Shown here: piece by piece, positions 36,667 through 49,557 of the stretch
How the letters are laid out: each line of letters opens with the position of its first letter
Numbering within the stretch: the first letter of the stretch is position 1
Source of the DNA: Massalongia carnosa
Lineage: Eukaryota
Assembly: GCA_965645245.1 (NCBI GenBank)
Contig: OZ287083.1
Span: forward strand, 434,001-498,000
Direction: 5' to 3'
DNA length: 64,000 bases
Made by a program: the position numbers and the translations under genes
Notes under the pieces: model-generated
What the model was told of the DNA's origin: nothing
The model's input: only the letters and a program-made list of their open reading frames with translations
Databases searched by the model: none

Positions 36667-37586
36667 AACCCCCTCACTCATCCCTTAAATTTTTTTTTTG
36701 TTTTCTTGAAAAAGGACCAGGCGCAAAAGGGTTGGGTTGGGAGAAATCGTTAGGAGGTTGTGGCCGCCCTTTCCCTTTCCTTCCGGAAGGCGGAAACCGA
36801 TTGCTTCCCCCCCCCCTTCCCCCCTTAGTCAACCGAATAAAAATGGCTCCTACCCACCTACCCAGATCCTTTGGGCAAATACCGTGCATAGCCGGCTCAC
36901 AGCTGTTTGGGGTTTGGGGATGTGGTTATGTAGGGGGGGATTGGTCGAGTCGCCAGGCGGCGAAACAAAAAGAAGGGAGGGAACGAATAAGTAGGTAGTC
37001 AACGATGGCGATGATGAGAGAAGAAAACTGGAAAACGTGCTTTATTTTTCTTTCTGGGTAACTTAACTACATACTTGGTAAGCAGCTGGGTTTTTTTGGT
37101 TTGCGGGTATGTATGTATGTAGGTTGATTGACTGATTGATTATTCCATTAAGGGCGATAATCGATAATCGATAACTGCCCTCCGGCATTCCCCAGTTCCC
37201 ATCCCGTTCTAATCTCCCTCCCCTCCATGCCGCTTTCTCTCTCTTTCTCATATCTTATTCTTCCTCTCCGGTAGAGAGAAAGATTGATTGAAAGACTCAA
37301 GGGAGAGAGAAAATAAGTTTAAGTAACTAAACAGCGAATAGAACCGATAAGCGAGCGGAAACTGGGGGGAAAATAAAATAAAATGTTATATGATAGAAGA
37401 AAAGAAAAGGGAGGAGAGAAGAGGAATATGGTTAATAGATTGGTCGGTAGGTAGAGCGAAGTAATTAGTATTGTAACGTTTATACGTAGATACATAATGT
37501 GGAGTATTCTTTCTAGACTTGAGAAAACCCTTTGTTAGCTGGGGTCAATGATAGATATCTGCAAACTTCCCTTCCCCCCCCAATCC

Positions 37587-38809
37587 TCATTCTCCCCCAC
37601 TCCCGCCCTTCAAGCCCCTCCAAATCCGCTTATGCTGCTCCAAAAATAAAAACGTCACCACAGTATGCGGCCCTAGCCTCACGAAACTCGGCACCCAGCC
37701 CCGAAACAGCCACCCGGCCCCCTCTTTCCTCCACCACCTTCCCAACAGCCTCACCACACCTTCTTTCCTGCCCCCCTCCGCGCTCATCATTCGTGTCTTG
37801 ATCACATCGACCGGGCTACACACCGTCGTCGCCACGAACCCCGCCCCAATGCTGGCCGCTAGATGCGCTGTCCAGTCGTCTGCGAGCCCAACTCGCCGAT
37901 CCAGCAAGAGGCGCTTAAGAGCATCGTAGGACGCGAGCTGCGAGGCGGTCATGAGGACCGCGCGAAGGCTATTTGGCCACACGCCGCGAAACAAGGTGCG
38001 CACGCCCTCTTCGCGTGTCATCCGAATGAGGCCGTCGATTGCGTTGGCGTAGTTGCGGCGTTGAGCAGGGGGGAGGGCGGCGTCGTGTTGCATGCGGACG
38101 TTGAGGACATCAGCGGGGTTGCCAGCTAGGCCGCCGAGGAAGCCAGAGGTGGATGCGAGGAATATAAGGGTTGGGAGAGAGGGATGCGGGCTCGAGATGT
38201 GAGATTTAAGTTCTTCGTAGACGCCGAAGCGTGTCGTGGAATACGTTAGTTGGCGGAGAAGCGAGGCGGAGAGCTAATATGGATGTTGATTATCAGGGAG
38301 GTTCGAAATTCAAGCGCGGCAGGAACGATGGGTTCTTAAGGGGGAATGATGTTGATTTTTAAATGGGACGATAGGGTATACGGACACCATTATAGAGGCC
38401 TCTGAATCCGTCATGGCGCAAGATATGAGTGAAGGTGCCAAGCATTCCCTTCGGACCATTTACAGCTCGTGTTTGTAGCCGGACCTGGCTCGAGGTGAGC
38501 GGAAAACCCTGGACGAAAAATAGGGAGAGGAAGGATCAGGGGGACTTTTTCGGAGGCAGACCTACCTTGACTGCGTACACCTGTTAGCGAGTCTAACTCT
38601 GATTGTTACTCTCCCACCAACGATGAATCGCCGAAGCGCTCAGGATCCTTCAGGCAGGTTCGGGTTGTGAAATGGTTGGCCATACTCAGGTCCAAAGGAT
38701 GGGTCACCGTTGCGGCGAAGCAGGATGCGGAGCCGCCGAACCAGAACGGATAATGAATGGGACGGGTACGGTCATGGTCACTCGTTTTCGAGAGGCCAGA
38801 TGAGGACAT
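37587..38809 (-). CDS. DIC1: Mitochondrial dicarboxylate carrier
   Basis: YPFWFGGSASCFAATVTHPLDL-K-VRLQTR, LSASLLRQLTYSTTRFGVYE, GNPADVLNVRMQHD, NSLRAVLMTASQLASYD, SPVDVIKTR, GWVPSFVRLGPHT. Confidence 0.95.
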
Positions 38810-39169
38810 TTTGATAAGTTCATTCCGGTGGATTGGGATGGGGGAGGGAAGGAAGTAGGGAAAAGGAGTGCGTGCCCGGGGAGGTTTTCAAAGGTGAAAA
38901 AGATGGAAAACGATGATCCAATCAGGTCACTCGATTGAACAGTATGCCCGTGAGCCTCACATGGAAGGCATACCACTACTAACCTTAATCGAGTTCGTTA
39001 GCGGCAGCTTGCTTCCGGGTCGTTAGGGCTGAGGCGTAACTAACTAAGTTAGAAGAATTTGAAGTATCCAGATCAAGTACACAGTAGGCATGAATGATTC
39101 CAACGGCCCCACCCTATAAGGAAGACCTGGAGGACCTGGACAACTCCGTCAAATCTACCCATTTCTACA

Positions 39170-39905
39170 ATGCCTCAGATATCTCTCTGTCCCCTCACCC
39201 AGCGCTATATCATCCGTCTCTGCTGTTCCAAAGCTCAATGCAAAACGCCCACTCGTCACAACCCACAACCCTTTAACCTCCATCCCTTCTCCACCGAGGC
39301 TTGCAGTTATCAGCCCGATGGCATTAAACCCCCTCTCCTAAGCGCCTGCTCTCACCAATTGACTTCAATAACTCTCCGAACTTCAAACCCCTTCCACCGC
39401 CGTAGTCTACCGCGCTCCCTTGCACCGCCTGGCTCCCTCCTTTACTCCACCGACACCAACACTCCCCAAGCCCCTTCCCAAAAGCCCCTAAAGCTCTCGG
39501 TTGAACGATACCACGACTTAGCGGACTGCTATATCGATTTGCTCCTCGTGGAACTCGAGAAACTACAAGAAGACCGTGAGGACGTAGACTGCGAATATAG
39601 CGTTCGTTCTTTCTATCTACCCCATAAAACAGACGATCTAACTACCTTCCCGGGTGCTAAAACAGGCTGGTGTTCTCACCCTCACAATCCCCCCGCACGG
39701 CACCTACGTACTGAACAAACAGCCCCCTAACAAGCAGATCTGGCTCTCATCGCCTATCAGTGGGCCGAAGCGCTACGATCTCCTAAGGTTGCCGAATGAC
39801 AAAATGGCCTGGGTGTATTTGCGGGACAGAAGTTTGCTGACGGACCTGCTGTGCGAGGAGCTGGGGGTGAATGTTGTATGGCGCATGGATAAGGAGGGTG
39901 AATAA
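39170..39905 (+). CDS. YFH1: Frataxin homologue (mitochondrial Fe-S assembly)
   Basis: Long presequence, then YHDLAD.YID.LL...DVDCEYS | AGVLTL...GTYVLNKQPPNKQIWLSSPISGPKRYD. One intron (GTTCGT...AACAG). Confidence 0.95.
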
Positions 39906-40255
39906 GAAAATTATATGGCTTATGGGAACTGCAAGGAGATAGAATAAGGGTTAGGGGTAAAGAAAGAAAGGGAGGGGTATGTCGTGACTATGGTCAAATG
40001 GAGCTCTGAACAAGAGTGTTGCTTCTATAGTATCAGACGTAGGGAAGGGGGCGAGACGCTGGCAGCGAACACGCTAGGTAGTAAATGTATAGATATGTAG
40101 GTCAATGCTTTCCCTGTACATGCTGCCTCATATGTAGCAAGGTACAATATCGCCGCTGCTACCGGAGCCACTGTATCTCCCATCAGTAATCCGTAAATAA
40201 AAATTCGGTCAAGCTTTGCAACCTTCTCCTTGAATGTTTTCTTCCTTAGGGCTGA

Positions 40256-42259
40256 TTATGTATCGATCAGATCGTCAGTCTCGCCATTTACGTCAACCTC
40301 CTGGTCCTCTGGGTGTTTCTTGTCCTTTCGCTGCTCTCCGTTATCTCGTGTATCCGTATTGCCCTCGGCCTTCCCTTTGCCCTTTCCAGACCGCTGGTAG
40401 AATTCATCCAGCACCTTCTTCGGGATTCGATTGAGAAGTTCCTTCGGGTAGATCCGCAGAAGGCTCCATGCGAGATCGATGGATTCGTAAATGGTGCGAG
40501 ACTCATATGCTGACTGCGAGATGAAGGTTTTTTCAAATTTTTCAAGGAATTCAAGGGAGAGCTTGTCTTCTGACGATAAGGCTTCTTCGCCCACGACGGC
40601 TTTCATCGATGCTGTGGTGCCAAGTTAAAAGTCATGAACTGGATCAAAAACGTGGATAAGGAGTTGCATAGAAAACCTACCGGCATCTCGGCCTATGGCA
40701 TATTTAGCGTATAATTGATTGGACACATCGCCGTGATCCTTTCTTGTATGGCCTTCGCCGATAGCAGATTTCATAAGACGGGATAGGGATGGGAGAACGT
40801 TAATAGGAGGATAAACGCCTTTGTTGTGTAATTGACGATCGATGAAGATTTGACCCTCGGTAATGTAACCTGTTAAATCTGGAATAGGATGTGTAATGTC
40901 TGCTTTATGGTTAGCATCTAATATCCAGGGAAACGATTTGAATATTACCGTCGTTAGGCATAGTCAAGATCGGTATCTGGGTGATGGAACCATTACGCCC
41001 CTCCACACGACCGGCCCGCTCATAGATCGTTGACAAATCAGTATACATATAACCTGGATAGCCCCGACGACCTGGCACTTCTTCTCTCGCTGCGGATACC
41101 TCCCGGAGAGCATCACAGTAGGCTGTCAAATCGGTGAGAATCACCAGAACGTGCTTCTCAAGTTGATAGGCATAGTATTCGGCTGTCGTCAGAGCGAGTC
41201 GGGGCGTGATAATTCGTTCGATGCTGATATAATTAGCCTCTAGCTTGGGATGAAGATTTAGAGAAAGTACGTTGGATCATTGGCAAGATTTAGGAAAAGC
41301 GTTACCCGTTCCATGCTGCCATTCTCCTCGAAATCTCGGGTGAAGAATCTACTTGTTTCCATGTTGACACCCATGGCAGCAAACACAATAGAGAAGTTTT
41401 CCTCGTGGCCATCATGCACATCCTTGGTTGGCTTATTGACCAAACCGGCTTGACGACAAATTTGAGCCGCAATTTCATTATGAGGCAGACCAGCAGCCGA
41501 GAAGATTGGGATTTTCTGCCCTCGTGCAATCGAGTTCATAGTATCTATGGCTGATATACCAGTGGCAATCATTTCTTCTGGATATACCTAGGACTTCGTT
41601 AATTTAGGTTACGCTGATCTTGATCATGACCTACTCTTGAGTAAGGATTAATTGGACTACCATTAATATCCAGGTAGTCTTCCGCCAGCACTTTCGGTCC
41701 CTTATCAATAGCTCGACCTGATCCATCGAATATACGCCCTAGCATGTCCTCTGAAACTCCAAGCTTCAGGCTGTGTCCCGTGAACTCTACTTTCGTCTGC
41801 CTTCATTAATGATTTGTATTTAATAGCTCAGCACCATCTAACCTTCTTCACATCAATACCAGACGTCCCTTCAAACACCTTTGTCCAGTCAGTGATATTC
41901 GGACCGGGGAGCGAAGCACTTTTAGCGGGATACCTGAACGACAGCTCGATCTCCTGGAGACCAGTTCCATCAGTTCCCTGGCATCACAACGAAGGAATGG
42001 TATGTTCGTTTTACCTCGAGCTTCCAGAACCTGACCTGACCTTTCTGAGCCATCTGGTAACGTCAAGGATACAATCTCATTGAATCGAGGAAATTTAACC
42101 TAAGGGGCATCAGCTTCATGTAAACTCGTTATAAGGACTAATCCGAATATAATCGACATTCTCTAATATGACCAAAGGACCATTCACTCCTCCAATCGTG
42201 TTGTAGCGAATTCGGGGATGTATTTTTGTCATGCGTGGATCTTGGATTTCTGGAGCCAT
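40256..42259 (-). CDS. VMA2: V-type proton ATPase subunit B
   Basis: [106 protein letters not shown]. Many short introns, including a 20-nt exon (GDRAVVQ). Confidence 0.97.
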
Positions 42260-42712
42260 TATTTATGATTACAGGTGGATTAAGCTCTTTGAATGATACT
42301 CCGCCAGCGTAGAGCTTCAATATAACAATGGCCAAAATGAGTCGAAGTTTTAAGATGCCATTGGCCTCATTGATACCTGTGAATTTAGAATTCTCGATGT
42401 CGGTGTGTTGCGTGTGGAAGCTTAAAGCGTATGGCGACCTATGTCTCAAACTTTCCAGCATGTGGTCAGTTGCTAAGATACGCTACCCCTTCCAATCATT
42501 CGGGTGTTTGCGTACCAGCGAGAAGGATAAGAGTTAATAGTATTGAGTTATCAGTTAATGTAGGCAGATTCTTTTAGACGAATTTTGCAGTCAATTTAAC
42601 TAATAAGAACATAATAAATTTACGAAATCATTATCGTTATATCTCCTTAACTAAAAAATATGCATTCACTTGAATTAAGATAAAGGCTTCTGAAATGTAT
42701 GATAAACAGGCA

Positions 42713-42871
42713 TACTCGTATTCCCTCTCATTTGCAACACACTTTCATTTCACCCTAAATCTTACTACGATAAAACGACTCAAATGATACTAAAAATGAC
42801 TTTCTTTCAGTTGCTTCCTAACAAACGTGTTGCAAATAAGAATGTGTTGCAAATAAAAATAATTACGAGTA
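42713..42871. mobile_element. MITE-like element with 29-bp imperfect terminal inverted repeats (Tc1/mariner-type TA ends), followed by a partial second copy
   Basis: Left end TACTCGTA-N9-ATTTGCAACACA (42713-42741) and right end TGTGTTGCAAAT-N9-TACGAGTA (42843-42871). A second left end begins on the shared TA at 42870. Confidence 0.7.
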
Positions 42872-43029
42872 CTCGTATTCACCAACACACCCCCATTTGC
42901 AACACGCTAAAATTTACTATGGCAAAACGACTAGAGTAAAACAATATTGTAGGATTCTAGGTACTCGTACCTACTGTTGAAAATGGGGTGACAATTCATG
43001 ATATTTGCTGAGGTCGCTTGATGTAAATG

Positions 43030-44048
43030 GAGCCCCTCGAATCGTTGAAGAATGCCTCAGTATTTAAAGCAGGCCAATGGCACCAACTGCTGGACACTAT
43101 GTAGATTGATCTTGATTGAAACTGACCACCACTAAAAATCTAAATTAGAGCTGCTATCAAGATGGAGCCAGTCGAATACAGGAAGATTCTCTACGAGCGT
43201 GAACTACTGAACTTCAAACTACCTACTATAGCCTCATCACCTTACATTCGGGCATTACAGGATTCCGTCGGTCACAATGCTTTAGAGCAAAATGCCAGCA
43301 TGCTATAACGACGATGTATGGTGCTCGAATGGATAGACACCGATCTTTGGAGAGCCCGTTTCATCGAAATCTCACCAAACTCAGACTTACCGAGGCATGT
43401 TGCTAAATCAGTTTTAGAAGCTCTGATGGTGTTTTAGAAACTGGAGGAATTCATACGGATATTAACCCCAAAAATGTGCTACTATCAGGGCTTGAGACCC
43501 CTACGCCCTCGATCAAAGTTGGAGATCTTGGTAACCTACTCAGCGAAGGTATCGACTCGGTCCGACTCCAGGGCCACGCGATACGAGCACCTGAAGTGTG
43601 GAGAGGTTATGGTTGTTGGCCCGCAAGCGATTTCTGGTCTCTTGGAGTAACTCTACCTATATCTTTTCGACATTCATCCTCATCTATCGCTGACAAGACA
43701 GTAGATGGTTCACTAGCTCGCCACCACTCCAGTGTTTGGAGCGTCTGACAAGATCATAGAAGGTATGACAGAGGCATGGTGCATAGCAAAATAAAACGAT
43801 TGGTGGGTCCGATAGGAGCTCCAACCAAACCCGAATTCAGTGAAGAGTTTGCTCTGGCAGATTTCCTTGAATCAGAAATCTTTCAGACCTCTGATTTATC
43901 CAAGCCGATACAATTTAGTACTCTGGGATCATTACGTCAGGTCCTAGAACGAATACCAAACGGCCGTGTGTCAAAAGAATGCATAGACTTTATTGAGTCG
44001 CTGTTGGTTGTCGATCGCTGCTCTCCAAAGCTCGCGTCATACCTTTGA
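43030..44048 (+). pseudogene. Protein kinase pseudogene (fungal expanded CMGC-like family)
   Basis: SPYIRALQD, VLEWIDTDLW, GIHTDINPKNVLLS, KVGDLGN, IRAPEVWRG, DFWSLGVT and CIDFIESLL motifs, broken by TAA/TAG stops and frameshifts. Confidence 0.8.
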
Positions 44049-46619
44049 CCTATTAGCCTGAGTCATTTCCCGAGCCGGATCTTATTCTACATTTACCTAA
44101 CCAAGACTCATGTGTGTCCAGCTCATCTCACATTCTTCTTTTTGGTTGACCAGAGGCCCTCTCGAGTGCTTGATACTATCATCAGACTCGCAGGGTACAA
44201 AGTAAAAAACATTTGCACTAGCAAAGTAAGAGAGGTTGAGATTTCATATTCAGCTTGGTCCGGCATCCCATACGCCTTTCGCAGCCTTTGAGGACACTGT
44301 GCGGTTCGTACTATCTCTAATACGAATTGGATGGAACATATGCGGCAAGCCGGATGGGCTGCTGGTGGAGATTTTAAAGGAGAAGCTAGAATATTTATTA
44401 GCAGCAGAGGAGAATATTAGAAAAACCGTGTTAAGGAAGTTGTGGTCCTTGAAACAAGTCTCCCGATGCACCATTGCCTGCTATTTTTAATTTTTAGACC
44501 TGCAAGCGACACCGCATAATAACTTTCATTCCCTCCACACGTTCCAGACGTCCGTAAATATTGCATGTGGAGGTTGCATATGATAGCCCCTTAACTAGGA
44601 AAATGAGTTTTTGAAAACTGAGTTGAAGTGCCTGGTGTTCATGAGGAAGATGGTCTGCCTGTACGGGAGGGCATCAAAGGAAGACTGGAGGTGGAGGGTT
44701 ATCAGCAGGTTGAAGTGTTTCTTATGTGCTTTCTGGTGAAAAGTATTGGCTAGGCTTGAACATGATCAATGGTTTTTAGTTCAAATAAGTAGTTTGTATT
44801 TGATTGGAAGGTCGGAAAGAGAGTAGAAGTTGTCTAGGTTGGGATATGTTGGTAGGATACTCTACGAACGGTTCCTTTTGTTGATATTAATGAATTAACA
44901 TTACGTAGATAGAATCATTGAAGGATTATCGATTCGTGTTCCGATGTCTATTTCACCTTTCATTAAAGCAGATATATAAACCATCTAATGCTACCAATCG
45001 AGATCCTGTACATATGAAAACTAGCCAAGCGAACAGCTCCTCGAGCATCGTCATAAAAATCTATTAACCCAGATTGTCAGCTGGGATTATAATGGTCAAA
45101 TAATAGATAACAGGGAGAATTGAGTTACAGAGGCTCAGACATCCAAGGAAGATTGCCGCTCATAAGACTGACGACACGTAAATAGGTTCGTGTGCCAGCT
45201 AGCGTGAAAACTGCGAATGTGGAACGTTTCTCATCATAGCCAGGAGGAACAGAGAAGCTCTTACATTATGTTTCCGCTATGCCAAAGAGCTCGAGGCATG
45301 GGATAAGTTAATCTTGTACCTCAAAGCTTTCCAACACGCCACATCCAAGGAAGAGAAACTATGATTTTCTTATTGATTAGTAGGGTTTCAACAACGTGTG
45401 AAGAATGTACATAAAGAGCCGGATACAATGCGGTCAGACAAGATATACTGGCAAGTAGCAGACAGCCCGGCGAAGAGCCGTCCGGAAAGATGAGTTTCTT
45501 CAAGGTCGACTCAGCTGGGAAAAGAAGACTTTATATTGTTGTCATCATTCCATATGTTGTGGGAGTGAAGATGCAATGAGGGGAAAGATAGCTTGATAAC
45601 CTACCTACAGATTTAAAAACGTTGGAATAAAAGCGTTCTGTGCTGAGAAACAAAGTGTGAGGTCTTGGTGATTGTAAAAAGGCGAGCGGAGAAAACGAAA
45701 GATAATGAAAAGAAATGAGAAAAGAAATTTTTTGTGTGCAGTTAGATTACTTCCAGTCACGCTAGCTATTAATATCCGTAATATACCCAGAATTTCTGTA
45801 ATCCCGTGTCAGTCAGGTGACCTTCCAGCTGTCTCGATGACCATAGCCACTCATTTTAGGCTCTAACGCAATTTGAGAGGCCCGTGATCGATGATGTTGA
45901 GTGCGAACGAACATACACACATTCACACTGCCTCTCCTTCCCCGAAACGAACGCAACGAAGTCTCACCAGCTTGAAGCAATATTCCAATCTTCATATATC
46001 TTTCCTCTACTCCTGTACTTTTACTACCCTAGACCCAATAAACATATCTTTATCCTTCCCGGCAATCGCTGTTCAACGAGGGAATTCTCATTAGTGGCTC
46101 GTGGGACTCGTCGCAATTATACGGAGAAAATACCCTTACGGTCCATTGGGTTTCACATTATTCAGACAACGCTGATCATACGTACTCACGAAAGAAGATC
46201 TTCTAAGAACGTCATTGGACCAGATACCTATTTTTCGAAGCAAAAGGGTCGGAACATTTGCTTTTTGATCGAGTTTCCCGACTGCGGCAATCTCTGTCTT
46301 GCGCAGCGTGCGCGACCTCGACTTGGCGCAGTCCGCGCGCCAGCGTTCTCATGAAAATATTGGATAATCGGTCGTGATGTTGACATATGTTGGGTAGTTC
46401 GTTAAATCCAAAGGAACTCTTACCGCATTGTGCGGAGAGATTCTGACAACGACGGGCATTAAACACCTACAGATTCAGCCTGTTGGTGGGCGAAAGCAAA
46501 GTTGTTTGCGGTAACGGCACGCTCAAGGAAGTTTGGTGATCGCTACTCGGACCCTACAGTCGTATTCTTTGCTTTATCCTGATCATCGAGGACAACTCGA
46601 CGATACCTTCTTGCCCATC

Positions 46620-47884
46620 ATGATGGCTAGCATGCCACAACCGTTTGCGGGACATCAAGCGGGTATGTCGACGCACGCTGGAGTTGTTCACGGCGGCCAC
46701 CCGATGGTTCAAGGACATCCCTCCAATCAAGGCGTACCTGGTGGCGGGCAACAACCGGGGGTTTCGATGGGTCAGCAAATGCATGCTGGAGTCACAGGAC
46801 CTGGGGGCCCACAAGTCACTCAGGCTGGCCCAATGATGGGAGGTATGATGCAAAGCGGTGGACCGCCAGGCGTCTCTGGGGGAGGTATTCCGAGTGCTCA
46901 CGCTATGTCACACTTGACTCCAGGGCACCAAGGGCAGGTGTTTGCTGCGCAACAACAGCACATGCACCAGGCGAGTAAGTATCTTCTTTCTTTACGTTCT
47001 GGAGTAGCTTTCCCTTAGTTCTGCCTTCAACTGTTGGCTCCTTGAAGCATGCTCGCCCTGGCCGGCACATCGGTCTTGGGAGTATCTTCAGGGCTCAGGT
47101 CTGGGTTTCTTTGGTCTATATCAATGCAGACCGGGTTGGAATCAACACGTCGCGAACATTATTTCTTTTCCTATAGTTTGACAGTCTTCATAGGATTTAA
47201 TCCTGGCAAGCACTGATGATCATTGAAAAGCCACAATGGCTTGGGCTCTTACTCATCATGAAGCTCAACTCCATCAAGCTTTAAGGTCTAACTATCCTTT
47301 TTTAGTGGCAAACAATCCACAGCTTTTACAGCAGCAACAACTCCGCCAACAGCGCATGGCACTGCATCAACAAGCAACTATGGCACAGCAGCAACAACAG
47401 CAGCAGCAGAACGGTGGAATGGGTGTGAATCATACAAACGGAGCCATGACTCAAGCACAGTTCAATCCAGCTCAGGGAAATCCTACCATTCGCGGCCTTC
47501 CCTTACCTCCCCATTTACAACATCAGCAGCAGCATGCTCATGCACAAAGGATTCAGCAGCAGCAAATACAGCAGGCTCAGGCAGCTCATCAGCAACAAGC
47601 ACAACAGCAACAAACAGCTCAGCACGTGCAACAACAGGTTCAGCAACAGCAGCAACAACACCACGCTATAGCTCAGCAAATGGCCATACAGCAACAAGCT
47701 AGCCAAGCTGGATCAAACCAAGGCCAGTCAGCACCTCATACACAAATGAGAGCGCAGTCTCAGATATCTAGCGGTCCTGAATCGCAAGCTGCCGCTGTGG
47801 CCCAACAACAGGCACAACAACAAGCCCACATGCAGCAGCAGCAGCAACAACAGGCTCAGGCCCAAGCTCAAGCTGTGCAACAGG

Positions 47885-47916
<32 letters not shown>

Positions 47917-49557
47917 CAACAGCAGCAACAGCAGCAGCAACAGCAGCAACAGCAGCAGCAGCAGCAGCAACAACAGCAGCAACAACAACAGCAACAGCAA
48001 CAGCAGGTACAGCAGCAAGTACATCAACAACAGCAAGCCCAACTCGCTCATGCTCAAGCCCAGCACCAGGTCACTGCAGCTGCCATGATGCAGCCTCGCT
48101 TGCCAAACCCGCTGAAAGGGGCCTCGGTACTAAAGCTTCTGTCATTTTCTGATAAACTTAGTCAATTTTCGGTGAACCCAAGATCCCAGTTAAACGGAGG
48201 ACTGGATGGAAATCACCCAAGCCAGGCCCAATTACGGAAGAAGTCGAATGAATTGTCAAAATGGCAAGAATTTGTAGAGCAGTTCTTTTCTCGGACGGGC
48301 GTGTTGCGGCAACAGTTTTGGAGCGCGACTGATCACTCAACAAAGCAATATGAGATTTCGACACCGGCGCTGGCACGTTACTATTGGACACACTTCACCA
48401 GCGGTGTGCGAAACATCCAAATGATTCTTGAGAATGCTCGAGAACAAGATTTGGCCAACGGAGGCCATTTTGTAGATGGTAAATCTTGCTTCATTTATTG
48501 GTTTACGAACGGTCATCAGGTAGGTGGTAATCGATACCTCCTCAAGTTTCCTGCTGATCACGTGCAGCTGGTTGCGCATGGTCAGTTGCGTGCTCACTTT
48601 GACCATACCGGCAAAATCGACCTTTTGGACTTAGTGACAACCGAACACAGCGAATACGTTCCCCGTGCAGGGCTTCTCCAGACAGCTGCGGAATCCCCAG
48701 AGATCAAGCAATCGCCGAACGCAAGTAAAGCCGGGAAGCGAGGATCTCAGCAACGCCAGAAACAGCAACTTCAGGCTTCCCAAGACCAGAGCCCTCAAGT
48801 CCCTGTGCCAGAGTCAATGGTCAATGAAAGCGGTACTACAAACGCCGTATGGCAATTCCTTGAGGTCAGCTCTCCTTATGTTTTTCTTAATTCAGCCCAA
48901 TTATGTCCGATGATCCCGTCGGTACTAAAAAAAACCATCGTACAGATTGCGGAAACCCTATCGAACATGCAGCACCTATTCCAATACGCGCACTCGAAAC
49001 CTCATCTCTCCGCCACCGAGTCCCTCAGCCAGCTCACCATGCAATTTCAAACCCAGTCTCAATTCCCTAGCCAAGCTGCCTATAACCAAGCACTGCACCA
49101 ACAACCCCAACAGCATCAGCACGCACTCAATAGCAACTCCGGCCTTCAGCTTCCACCCGGGACTAACCCTTCTCATTTCGTCTCTCCGGCTGCAGCAGCC
49201 CACCTGAACCTCCCTGTCAACACCACCTCCGCCTCTCCCGCGACCCTTAACATGTCACCGGCTATGCACCACCTCGGCGGCAATCCGCAGCAATTGCAAC
49301 AGCAGGCTCCAACCAGCGTCGGCATGGTCGCACAGCAGAGCCATCAGGGCACCAATACCAGTGCGGGAACGGGTAGCCAGGGCACTAGCGCCAACGCGAG
49401 TCCTAACGTCTCGAACAAGCGGCGACGGCCATCGGGCGTCAAGACGGAAGGCGACGACGGCGGGGGTGTGGAGGTGAACGGCGCCGGTGGACCGGGGCCG
49501 GGGCCTAAGATCAAGGCTAGTCCGCGAACAGCGAAGCGGCAAAAGGGGAACGGATGA
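46620..49557 (+). CDS. ptaB: LIM-domain-binding (LDB/Seuss-like) transcriptional co-regulator, PtaB/Mfg1/Adn1 family
   Basis: Q-rich N-terminus, then LIM_bind-like domain (VLKLLSFSDKL...WQEFVEQFFS...KQYEISTPALARYYWTHF.SGV...IYWFTNG...H.EYVPR...QFLE|IAETLSNMQHLF) and C-terminal SANASPNVSNKRRR NLS. Introns 46975-47305, 48520-48567 and about 48865-48945. Confidence 0.9.
47887..48006 (+). repeat. Coding CAG/CAA tract encoding 40 consecutive glutamines
   Basis: 120 nt of uninterrupted CAG/CAA codons. Confidence 0.95.

Noticed and set aside
47728..48066. Poly-Leu ORF on the minus strand
   Set aside because: Antisense shadow of the polyQ tract.
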